Below are positions 1 through 10,600 of a DNA stretch of 64,000 bases, piece by piece. The position numbers and the translations under genes are program-made. Below the pieces are notes generated by a model that was not told the DNA's origin, did no database searches, and saw nothing but the letters and a program-made list of their open reading frames with translations. Where the stretch lies: NCBI GenBank assembly GCA_043803765.1, contig JAZDJQ010000012.1, positions 66,238 to 130,237 on the forward strand. The letters run 5' to 3'. Source of the DNA: Candidatus Iainarchaeum sp. Its GTDB lineage: Archaea; Iainarchaeota; Iainarchaeia; Iainarchaeales; VGJJ01. Each line of letters begins with the position of its first letter. The stretch's first letter is position 1.

Positions 1-3000
1 CTCGGCAGTTTTCATTATCGGTTCCTGTGCAGAATAATAAGTCTATTGGAACCGACCCGCAGTCGGATGTATCTACTTTGAATTCTACTTTCTCTTCATC
101 CGATTCCATTTGAAGCACGGCTTCGGGTTCGGGGTCGAATTTGATGCATGATTCGAGGTTGGTTACTTTTATTTTGACGTCGAAGCTCTCGCTAATCACG
201 TTGACTTTTCCCAGTATTCCTACTTCTCCTGCGATAGTAACAGTGAATTGCGCGGTTTCTCCAATGTTTTGCGGGAATGGAGTGAATGTCAACACTCCCT
301 CGTACAGCGTATCATCTGCATGTCGAAACACGTCAAATAGGGTAACATACGTCCCATTTTTCAGTACCTCGATGCTTTGATTGCTTCCTTCAATATCGGT
401 TAGTGCTAATTCCACGTTTCCAATGGGTTCGCTCTTCCATACTATTTTGGCTTTCATTTTTTTGAGTGGAAAGGATTGTCCATCTACTATGCATGTATTG
501 AATGCTTGGAAGGGTGTCTGGGATTTAGAATTGAATGAGGTAGTAACGAGTTCTCCCGATGCCGGTGTTCCGGATAATTGGATTCCTCCTTCATCGCAGT
601 TGGAGATTATTTTGATTCCAATGTTTAGTGGAACGTTTTGTACCCATTCTTGGTTTGTTTTGGATTTGAGAGTGAGTAGGAGGTTTCCTTTCAGGTTTTT
701 GTTGTTGATTACATTCACGGTAGCAGAAGTGGCGGCTTTTACTTGGATTGTTTTGCTTTCGAGGGAGTTAATGCTCGTCGTGTTTTCGTATTGTTTTACA
801 TAGTTTTGCATTTCTCCATTCGATAGGAATCCTTGGAAGTCTCCCGTGATGATGGCCTTTGTTATGAGTAAATTTTCTTGTGTAAGATTGGTAATATCCA
901 ATGGTAAGAATTCGTCCGTGTTGGGGGCATTCGGCAGGTTGAAATTGAGCTGGGTAGGCTCGAATACCACTACGTTTTCATCTACTATAATTTCAACGGG
1001 GTTTGACTCATAACCACCTAAAGTTCCACTTATGACAAAGTGGGTTTTGGGCAGGGATGGCGGCGCGTTGAGCGTTGTTTTTCCTGTTGCATCCGTGTGT
1101 TTCATGGAGATGAACTGCTGGTTCTTATTCGGGTCGATTTTCAACAGGCTAACCACTACATCTTGTAGGTCGAATCCTTCACTATCGGTTGCATGCACCT
1201 CGAATGTGGTGGGGATGAATGCGGCGGCAGTAGTGGGTGTTACGCTCAAGTGTAACATGTCGTGGCTGAATAAGTCCAGTTGTACTTCTTTCTCGAATAT
1301 GATTTCTCCGTTGTTAATGAGCTGTACGATAATCGAGGTAGGCAGTACTTCTTTTGTTAGGAATGAGAATGTTCCTGAAATGGTTTGGTATTGTTTCATT
1401 TCTCCTACGTTAATTCCTTGTCCTTCTCCCCCCGGAATATCATTCGTTGCAAGTCCAAATGCTTGAATGGGTTGTCCGTTTGTTCCTATTACGGTGTATT
1501 TGGAAAAGCTTGCTTCTTCGCTTGGATAGTTTCCATTGCTCGAAAAAAATACTCGCAGTTTGGGATTCTGATACGTGACAGTGGATGCGGATGTGAGAAC
1601 GAATGCGTAGTCGAAATTCTTATTCACGGATACGTTGTAGGGAGGGCCGTCAACTAACAATTCGTCGTCCGTATTCAGGATGGTTTCTCCCGAGTAACAG
1701 AATTTTTCCTCGCATACGACGGGTTTTCCGCTGTAATATATTTTTTGGAATGCTTCGGCATATTGTCCTTCTTTTCCGCTTGAAGAATCGCTTTCTCCTA
1801 GAACATTGTCAACCGGATTGCGCAGCCATTCCCCATCTTCAATGACCCATCCTCGGTAATAGATTAGCAGTGGTTCTAGCGGTCCTGATTTTTCATCCAC
1901 TCGCATTAATACCCCAATCTCATATACTCCGTTCTCGGGGTTATTCCATTCGGCATTAATCCATTTGGCATCCCCATTCGTTAAGTATTCTTGGTCGGCA
2001 TCGTATCCTTCATTGGGCTGGTAACTCGTTCCCTTGATGATGTGCGCGTTGGGAATATTCGTTGCAACGATGCGAATAGAATCGTTCTCGGATAATGTTT
2101 CATCTCCTACCCGCACGTGAATGCCTGCGTAATCGGGCTGTAGTGCGGTGGGTATTTGCAGTTGGAATGTGACGAGATAGGTTTTTCCTGCTTTCATTTC
2201 ATTTGCGCTTGTCCCTGTTATTGGGTCTTTTACATCCACGAATTGGATAGAGGGATAGTCTCCTAGAATTGTTTTGGGCAATTTCACGGTGATGTTTTGG
2301 ATTTTTCCAGAATAGAGTTGATAGGACAGGCTTGCATAGGAGGAATAACCGGTGGCGCTCACTCGCACATAGACCTTTCGATCCGCCTTGAATGCTTTAG
2401 CGGCTACTCCATCCGCTCCTGTTTGAATCACGCATTTTCCTTGAACACATTCATCGCTTCCATCCGTTAGGAATTCTACTAGTGCGAATGGAATGGGCTT
2501 ATTCTCCACGTCTTTTACGTATACTTGTACGGTTCCTAATCCAATCGTGAGTGTTATGCCCGTTTGGGTTGGAACCGCTTTGTCGGTTGTAAAAGTGGGA
2601 GAATCACTCGGACCTGCCGGATACTTCGTTGCGCGTGCGAAGTATGTTCCGGATTTAACTCCAGTAAAGGATGCGGTTCCATTTGAATCGGTTATTCGTG
2701 CATCGTGTGTGTGAAGAATAAATCCCGTTCCGGCATCGTATAATAATACGTGTGCATTATCAACGGGCAGTCCATCTTCATCGAGTACGATTACTTTTAT
2801 TTTTCCTGAATTGAATGAGGTGAGTTTTTCCAATGAAAATGTTATGTCTTGCGTTCCGCTTACGGTTCCAATGTCCTTGCTTTGGGCTAGATAGGAAGAG
2901 TGGGATGCCGTAACCACGTAGGGGATTTTTTCAATGAGATTAAAAGTAATCGTTTTTTCGGTTGAGGTAGTGCTTGCAGTAGCATACACTTTGTTGTCAT

Positions 3001-4063
3001 TCTTTCCTATGAGCTTAATCGTCACGTCCGTCAATGCCGTATTCGTTCCCTTGTCGATCACGCTCACGTTTACAACACCCGTGATTTCTTTTCCGAGTGT
3101 TACTTCGGTTGTTGTTGTCTGATTCGCGCTTACACTTACTTGACTGCTTGTTCCCAATGCGTAGTTTCCATTCGGGTCATTCACGCTCGCATAGTATTCT
3201 CCTACTGGAACGTCATAGAAATGGGCTACTCCAAAAGAGTTGGTGGTCGTACTATTAGTTGTTATTCCTTGGGAGGAGAATAATTCCACTTCCATTCCGG
3301 GAAGGATAATTCCCGTGTCGCTTTTCACTGTGACTTTTATTTTTCCTTTTTCGACGTTGATAGCTTGTAATTGAATGATACTATTTTGTGCAGAGAAAAC
3401 AACTCCTTCTTTTTTCACATACCCATTACTAGTAATGGTTCCCACTAAACTGCCGCAGTCCGCTGGGGGTTTGATGGATAACACTCCGCTCGTCACGATG
3501 TAGGTGGACTGGGGCAAAATGGCACCGCTTGTACAGGATAATTGTACCTGCACTTGTTTTCCTCCTAGATTTAATCCTCCTTCATCGGTGAATTGGAATG
3601 ATAATTCGGATGGCATTGCCTTTAGTAATGCGAGGGTAAAGGAAAGTGTTTCTCCTTTTCCCTCCAGCGTCTTTTCTTCTGTTAATGGTGCATAATCATT
3701 GCTTGTGACGTGAACGGAAATAGTGGTTCCTACTGGTATTTCCTTCAATAATATTTTTCCTACCGAATTGGTTGTTTGTTCCATTGCTACGTTGTTATAC
3801 GCAATATCCACGCTCAATCCTGAAATGGGATTTCCCTGCTCATCCCTAAAACTTAACACAACGTCCGTGCTTCCTCCGCTCAATAATGGCAGTCCAATGA
3901 ACGTAATCAATAGGAAGAAGAGCAACCCCAAAACGATGACAAAACTGGGGATGATTTTATCGAGGGGGTCGATGACCTTGTATACGGGTAACGCAGGGTC
4001 AATCTTGTCCAGTAGTGCATACCATTTGCCTTCTCCTGCGTGATAGATTTCCCTGAGTCCCAT
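1..4063 (-). CDS. Giant surface protein paralogue G0 (partial). Its N-terminus is at 4063 and the gene runs off the window start.
   Basis: Hand translation of the minus strand from ATG at 4063..4061 gives MGLREIYHAGEGKWYALLDKIDPALPVYKVIDPLDKIIPSFVIVLGLLFFLLITFIGL. This is the same N-terminal motif plus TM as the three complete giant genes. No complete minus-strand ORF is listed in 1-4063, consistent with one unterminated frame. Confidence 0.7.
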   Translation of the reverse strand, partial: MGLREIYHAGEGKWYALLDKIDPALPVYKVIDPLDKIIPSFVIVLGLLFFLLITFIGLPLLSGGSTDVVLSFRDEQGNPISGLSVDIAYNNVAMEQTTNSVGKILLKEIPVGTTISVHVTSNDYAPLTEEKTLEGKGETLSFTLALLKAMPSELSFQFTDEGGLNLGGKQVQVQLSCTSGAILPQSTYIVTSGVLSIKPPADCGSLVGTITSNGYVKKEGVVFSAQNSIIQLQAINVEKGKIKVTVKSDTGIILPGMEVELFSSQGITTNSTTTNSFGVAHFYDVPVGEYYASVNDPNGNYALGTSSQVSVSANQTTTTEVTLGKEITGVVNVSVIDKGTNTALTDVTIKLIGKNDNKVYATASTTSTEKTITFNLIEKIPYVVTASHSSYLAQSKDIGTVSGTQDITFSLEKLTSFNSGKIKVIVLDEDGLPVDNAHVLLYDAGTGFILHTHDARITDSNGTASFTGVKSGTYFARATKYPAGPSDSPTFTTDKAVPTQTGITLTIGLGTVQVYVKDVENKPIPFALVEFLTDGSDECVQGKCVIQTGADGVAAKAFKADRKVYVRVSATGYSSYASLSYQLYSGKIQNITVKLPKTILGDYPSIQFVDVKDPITGTSANEMKAGKTYLVTFQLQIPTALQPDYAGIHVRVGDETLSENDSIRIVATNIPNAHIIKGTSYQPNEGYDADQEYLTNGDAKWINAEWNNPENGVYEIGVLMRVDEKSGPLEPLLIYYRGWVIEDGEWLRNPVDNVLGESDSSSGKEGQYAEAFQKIYYSGKPVVCEEKFCYSGETILNTDDELLVDGPPYNVSVNKNFDYAFVLTSASTVTYQNPKLRVFFSSNGNYPSEEASFSKYTVIGTNGQPIQAFGLATNDIPGGEGQGINVGEMKQYQTISGTFSFLTKEVLPTSIIVQLINNGEIIFEKEVQLDLFSHDMLHLSVTPTTAAAFIPTTFEVHATDSEGFDLQDVVVSLLKIDPNKNQQFISMKHTDATGKTTLNAPPSLPKTHFVISGTLGGYESNPVEIIVDENVVVFEPTQLNFNLPNAPNTDEFLPLDITNLTQENLLITKAIITGDFQGFLSNGEMQNYVKQYENTTSINSLESKTIQVKAATSATVNVINNKNLKGNLLLTLKSKTNQEWVQNVPLNIGIKIISNCDEGGIQLSGTPASGELVTTSFNSKSQTPFQAFNTCIVDGQSFPLKKMKAKIVWKSEPIGNVELALTDIEGSNQSIEVLKNGTYVTLFDVFRHADDTLYEGVLTFTPFPQNIGETAQFTVTIAGEVGILGKVNVISESFDVKIKVTNLESCIKFDPEPEAVLQMESDEEKVEFKVDTSDCGSVPIDLLFCTGTDNENCR

Positions 4064-4110
4064 ACCTTTCCTTATCCTACTTAATAATGGAGGAAACGGG
4101 TTTTTGGGCT

Positions 4111-4125
4111 ATTTAAAGGTTGAGC
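4111..4125 (-). promoter_or_regulatory. Putative TATA/BRE promoter of G0 (minus-strand GCTCAACCTTTAAATA).
   Basis: Near-identical to the G1 upstream motif. About 45 nt upstream of the G0 ATG. Confidence 0.45.
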
Positions 4126-4592
4126 TCATCATGGAGTTGGAGGAGAGGAACCCCATATTTTCTAGCAATGGAATTATACTGTTTCACTTCTTCTTCCACT
4201 TCCCTACGATGTCGAAATTTCTTTCCGCCTACTAGAATAACCACTCCTTCTCTTCTGACTCCATACTTTTGTGTGAGTGTATTCATTGATTTTTGCATTC
4301 GCAGAATGTCCATTCGAGGCATCCTAAGGGGGGGTGTGATTTTTTTTCTCTTCGCGAGCTCGCTTCGTATTATTCTCATTTGTTTAAGGAAGTGAACCGC
4401 AAGCCCTTTTTCTTTATTCACTTTGGCGTCGATGGCACGGCTCCGGTAATGGTTGAGCTTGTCTAGTAGTACTGGCAAAGGAAGAGTTGCCCTATGTTCT
4501 TTACTATTGGGATGAGTGCCTTCTCTTCCTGAAGCGTGATGGGAGAATATGCTTTCCCACCCGGGTATGAGTCGGACGCGTCTTCTTGGCAT
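4113..4592 (-). CDS. Hypothetical basic 159-aa protein between giant genes G1 and G0.
   Basis: Uninterrupted minus-strand ORF, tightly spaced (18 bp after the G1 stop, 50 bp before the G0 start). Lys/Arg-rich. No family recognised. Confidence 0.45.
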   Translation of the reverse strand: MPRRRVRLIPGWESIFSHHASGREGTHPNSKEHRATLPLPVLLDKLNHYRSRAIDAKVNKEKGLAVHFLKQMRIIRSELAKRKKITPPLRMPRMDILRMQKSMNTLTQKYGVRREGVVILVGGKKFRHRREVEEEVKQYNSIARKYGVPLLQLHDELNL

Positions 4593-4609
4593 ATGTGATT
4601 ATTTTTCTC

Positions 4610-7600
4610 CTATTTCACGATGCATTGTTGGCCTGCATTTTTTTCTTGTGATTCAATAGCATTCAGTACTTCTTTTGGGTTCCAGAAGAATTCTGTTTTT
4701 GCCCCGCTGTTGCGTACGCATACTGCTCTTTCCGTGATGAGGTTCAATATTTCTTCGATGCTGGTAAGCGTGTCCCCCGGGGTGTTTCCGGGAATAGCAT
4801 TGGTTCCGTTTAGTGGGATTCCTGCTCCGCTTATTCCTTCTCCTATGAATTGCATCTCGCTCTTCCATGCGGTGCGGTTAATACTGGATAGGCTTTCCTG
4901 CGGGGTATAGAATACGCTCTTCAAGAAAACGTTTCCTGTGTGAATCGTATCTCCGCACCATTCGAATCCATAACTAATATTTTCCTGTGGTCCCACTAGT
5001 GCACAATCCGTGTTAATTGCACTGGTATCATACTTTCGATTATATGAATCGAGGAGTGATTTGTCTTCAAAGTCTCGGCAGTTCGCTCCTACACCGTACC
5101 ATGGATTTCCCTGCACCCCGATATAGGATTGCGATGTGTCATTGTTTACTCCTACTGAATAGAATCCGAACACGTCGCTCTGGGCGCTCTTGTTTCCTAT
5201 TTTCATCATGACGGGAGTAGCGAATGAAGGCGACCATTTTATGCTCAATGAGTTCGTGCTGTTTTTTGTTACCGTGAGAATGTTTCCTCTCTCCAAACTA
5301 TTGAGTATTGTGTATGCGTTCACGGTGCTTGATTGTACGCTTGCAACGGGGGTTGAATCCGGAATATCAACGGTTACTACTTGGGAATGGGGCTCGTCAT
5401 TCACGACTATCTTTTCTCCAGAGAAGTTGACTCCGTATCCTACTCTTCCTTGTCCGTCATCCGTTCCAATCAATCCGTTGAATGGCAGGCTGTAGAATGG
5501 ACTATTATCCTCAATTGTGCTTGTCTTCTCTAATAATACGTTCACGATGGCGTCCGGTTCTTGTCCATTAACGAAACTCATTTCAGGTCCATCAAAGTTG
5601 ATATCCAATGTTACGTCGTATATTCCGGGGCCGGGCAATAGGTATCCTTCTACTGTGGGAACGCCTCCTTCTCTTTTCACAACCCAATGGTTTCTATTCT
5701 TGAACAATAATGCAATTCCATTCATGGGGTCAGTATAATACGATGGGGCGTCAAAGAAGCTTACTTTGTTGGCGTACCGGTCAAAGTCAGTAAAGAAGTC
5801 TGGACTGAATCGGTCCTGCATGAGGTGGGCACGGAAACTAACTAATTCGAGTATTTCGTCCTTTCCTATTCCGTTTGGATAATTCACTCCTATTCCCGCT
5901 TCCTCGTTTGCTGCAATAAATTCGCTCAAGCGCAATGTAGTAAAGGGTTGGCAGGCTACAAGGGCGCTGGATGTTCCAATAAAGAACTCCGTAGTAATCG
6001 TGTCGGATGCGGGAACGCTGTTGGAGCAGTTCTCACAATCCTCTGGAATAATGGTGGCCGTTATTTCATAGTGTCCTTCGGGTAAATTGGTGGCAGTGAA
6101 CCCCAAACTAACCTTGCTTCCTCCTATTGGAATCAACACCATCTTGGATTGGGTGATGGGCGCAGTGAGAGCGTCTTTTATCTTATACGAAATGCTTACT
6201 TTCGCATTATTCATTGCGGGCGTCTTGTTTTCTATTCCTACTATCATATTCACATCCGTTGGGGCTGTTTTGTCAACGCTTAATGAGGCGATTCCAATAT
6301 CGGCTGCTGGAATGGGCTGTGTTTTTACTCCTGATAATTGGTCTTCTAATGGGCACTCGAATGGGGCATTGGCTTCAATGAATTCTCGTAATAATTGTAC
6401 TTTCTGGATTAACTCGATAGAGAATTGGGTGGCGTCACAATAGATGTGCGCGCTATTCCCTTCATTATCCACTTGTCCTTGGTCGCACGCGTAGGCATCA
6501 ATGTCATTAAAGTTCCACGCAAACGCAACGCGTGGAGCCGCGTTGATTCCTGTCTTCCCTGTCTTCTCGGAGAACGTATCGCAATCCAGTGCAATGGGCG
6601 GGACTCCTGTTTTGATTAATGTTTCGGGAGTGAATGAATTATACTGCAAGTGGAACCGTGCTTTTGAATCCAATATGTCTTCCTCTTTCAAATCATCCGG
6701 TGATGGAATCTTATTCTTGTATTCAACATCTTGTGCATAAACAAATCGTTCTCCTGTTACAAGCAGGTTGCGGAAAATGGTTTCGTTCACAAACTTGGAA
6801 ATATTGGTAAACGTGAGGTTGAATGCTTCTACTCTTCCTAGTATGGGTTGTTCTAATGCAATCTTTGGAAGAATCGCCACATCGTCTTCTTTCACTTCGA
6901 TATCCTTATCCTTTACTTTCTCATCGCTTCCCTTCTCTCCTCCAATCACTTTGATTTCATCAATGACCAAATCCTTTCCAATAATCGTTACATCAAACTC
7001 CTCATCATCCGACATGAAGTAATGGGTTAGTCCGGCTACAATCGTGGTGACGGCGAATGAAACGAATGGGTTTCCAGTGCCAAGCGAAACCGCTCCCACT
7101 ACCTTGTTGAGTATTCCCCCAACGAGGGACTCGCCAATCTTGGAGCCCAAACTGGATTGTTGAGTAGCTCCCCCGCCAGTGGCATCCAATGACTTAGTTT
7201 CGCCAGTACCCGCAACAAACCCTGTGATGGGGGATGTGGGAATCGACTCGACAGAATATTTCTTAGTAATAGCCTCAACTTTTTCATTGTCAGCAGGGAC
7301 AATAGTTAACATGTACCCCCCATCGAAAACACCTCCTTCAATCGTTGCACCTACAACTGTAATAGTTGATCCTGAATGAGAGAATTTAACGCCATTAATG
7401 GTAAGTTCTTTAGCATATTTATCGGCCGCTGTGGCATTCTTGAATGTTATCGCGTTACCCGCCGTAGATTTCACATCGCCTTCCTCAATCCAAAATTCAG
7501 TTCCTTTACCAGAATTTTTTTCACCAGAATCGGGAGAGAGATCGCTTTTCGGTTCCTCTCCATTCCCTGGGGTTCCCTCTGTCTCCGTAACCTCATCCTT

Positions 7601-10600
7601 CTCTCCGCCAAACGCGTCTTTTCCTTCGAGTAGGTTGCTCACCATGGTGACGACTCCCGCGACGATTCCTGCTTGGAGTCCAACGCAGAGGCTGTCTTTC
7701 CAATCCTTTGGAATTTCGATGACAACGTTTACTCGTTGCTCGGTGCAGTAATTGTCCAATCGTGCGGTATCAAATCCGTCGAAGTCATTTTTCGGGTCAT
7801 CGTACACGTCGAACTCGTAACGATTCAATTGCAGACAGGCATTCGGATCGCGTATGCGGGCGCGGAGTATTTTGTTTTGGGATGGAACCTTGTTCTCGAA
7901 TCCTTCCACGTTAACATAGATGGGGTATTGTCCTTGGTCGAGTTCGTTATCCCCCACTTCGATTGCTTTTTTGTCGTCTCCTTGTAGTTTGAATGTTTTG
8001 GATGCTACTGCTAAGTCTGTTTGGAGTGCGAATTCTACTGGTGCACCGCATCCTTTTGTTTCAATCGTGATGGTGTCTTTCTTTCCGGGTTGTAAATCAA
8101 TTATTTCTTTATCGTAGGTTATACAATCCACTAAGTTCACTACGGTTATTTGAGTGTTTATTTTTCCGCTTAATAGTTGCGGTTTTCCTTCGAGTGGATT
8201 GGTTGCTTGTATTTCCACGTCAAATATTCCTTCTCCTTTTATTCCGCCGTAGGGGGCGAAATCAAGTCGTGCAATTAATATGTCTCCTGCGGGAATAGTG
8301 GGAAGCACGTTGGAATAAAATCCGGAACGGACCTTAGCTGCCCCTATTGGGGTGGGGGATGTTTGTTCGAACACGCTCAGTGTGGTTTCACCCAATTCGT
8401 TTCCTGCCCAATTTGCTTTCGTTTTTAATTCCTTGAGAGGGGCAGGTATTCCTCCGATACTGCAATTGTTCTGTATTTGGAATTCGAATGTGACACTTTG
8501 TCCATCCGTGCTGGTAATCCATGCTCGAGGTGCGATGTTGAGGCACGTGGGGTCGTCTACTTCGCTTGCAACCGAGAGGGAGTATTTGATTGGTAATTCT
8601 AACAAATACTCGTTTCCATAGCTTTCTATTTCAACGTTGAGCGTGGCTTCCACGTCCTCATGTTCAATTAGGTTGAGTGCTTCGGGTGTTAGAACGGACT
8701 TGAGATTAACTTCGAGTGTGCTGTTTTTTTGTATGACGATTCCTTCGTAGGGCAGCAGGTTGGAATTGGTTTTCTCTTTGTCGATGAATCCTTCCAAATT
8801 TCCTAATAGGGAAAGTTGTTTTACTACTACGGGAATGCCCATTTCGTTGGTAATCGTGAATGTTTTAGATTTCTCTGATTCGGTCTTAACGTTGATGTTT
8901 ATTCCGAGTGTTTCGGGTTTGAGTGATACCACTTTGTCTGAAATGGTGATGATTTGTACATGGGGATTGTATTCTTCTTTCTCTACTTTTAGTGTTATTT
9001 TCTTTCCTGGCAGTTGAGCAGGCATTTCTATTTCTGCGTTTCCTGCCGCATCCGTGTATTTTGTTGCCAGAACAACCCCCAGATTGGTTGTGAGCGAAAC
9101 AAGCGCGTGTTCCACTTCATTCTGGGTTGCACTATCCTCTACGTGCAGATTGAGGGTGAAGGGTACGTTGCTTGGATAGTTTTCCGGTTCGATGGTGACG
9201 CTTAATTCTTTGTCCCCGTTCACATTTATTTGGATGTTTTTGCTGAATACCACTTGGTAGTCGGATACCAATTCAATAGTAACAATGGTTGTTCCCACTT
9301 GTTTTGGTTTGAAGTGGATGCTTCCCCCTATTTTTTTCTGCGGGGTGAAGTCTCCCATGGGAATAGGATTTGGGAATTCGTAATCGTTTACCGTTCCACT
9401 TAGTTTGAGTGCGTCCGCGTTGTATATCTCGTACGTTGTAAAGTCGAATCCTTCGCTGGATGATTTGATGCGTAAATTGGAATTGGTATGGAATGCGTTT
9501 CCATTGTTGAGCAGGTTGAACGTGAGCGTATAATTCTGGAATACGGATGCATTGTATTGTTCCGTTACGTCTTCAATGAGTTGTTTGTCTTCATCTAATA
9601 TGGATGCATCGAAGCAGAATTGGGAATCGCATACGGTGGTAACGCCTACTTGGTAACTGGCGGATTTGGTGGCAGCATATAATTCATCTGCGGGGTTGGC
9701 ATCCTTAGGGTCGCGCAGAATTTCACTATTCTCTGCGTGTACTTTGTAGGATAAGAATAGTATGTCTTGGGGTAATGCGGTGGTGCGCACGTGAAGGGTT
9801 GCCTCCAATTCGTACACGCCGGGATTAGGTCCGAAAATGTGGGCATTAATCCATTTTGCGTTACCAAACGTAATGCTTTCCCCGTCAACGTTCACTCCAT
9901 TGGCCGGGTCCCATGAGCTTCCTTTTACTATTCCTGCTTTGGGCATGTTGATCGAGGAAATGTACCATTCGTCTTTCTCTACGATGTCCTTGTCTCCCGT
10001 GCGGATGTGAATGGTCATGTCGTCTAATTCATCTTGTTCTTCTGGAATCTCTACGAGGAATTTGGCGATGTAGTCTTTTCCTTTTCCTACTCCCGTGACT
10101 ATTTTTCCATCCGTTGTAAAGAGTCCTACTAGTTCGATTGAAATATTTCCTTTTGGTTTAGTTGGAAAAAGTATCGCATTGAATGACTGCGTGCTGTTTG
10201 GAAGAATGGGTTTTTGTATGGTAGTAAGAGTAGCATAATTTGTTTTGCTTACCACCAAAAATACGTCTTTATCCGCTTTGCTGTCCTGCCCGTTGCTTGG
10301 CAGGACATAGGTTCCGTTGCTGTCCGTTAGGTCGCTTCCGATGAGTTTGTTTTTGAACGCATTATACACACTCACTTTGGCGAATGGAACGGGCATTCCG
10401 TCTTGGTCCATCACATGAACACTTACAACGCCGTCGGGTATTTCTAATGTAAGTTGATAATCATACGTTTCAGGGTCCGAAATGTCAAAGAAGTGTTCTT
10501 CACTGAACCCGGTGAGGGATGATTTGTAGGCGAATGCTTGATAGTTTCCCGATATGACACTGTTGAATGTTCCTACTCCATTCACGTCCGTTAGCACGGC

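Noticed and set aside
141-4043. Numerous 60-160-aa plus-strand ORFs across 1-4 kb, and likewise inside the other giant genes (for example 16155..16715, 19149..19655, 10791..11198).
   Set aside because: They are antisense to a continuous minus-strand giant-protein frame and their translations are low-complexity. They are chance ORFs in the opposite strand of long genes.
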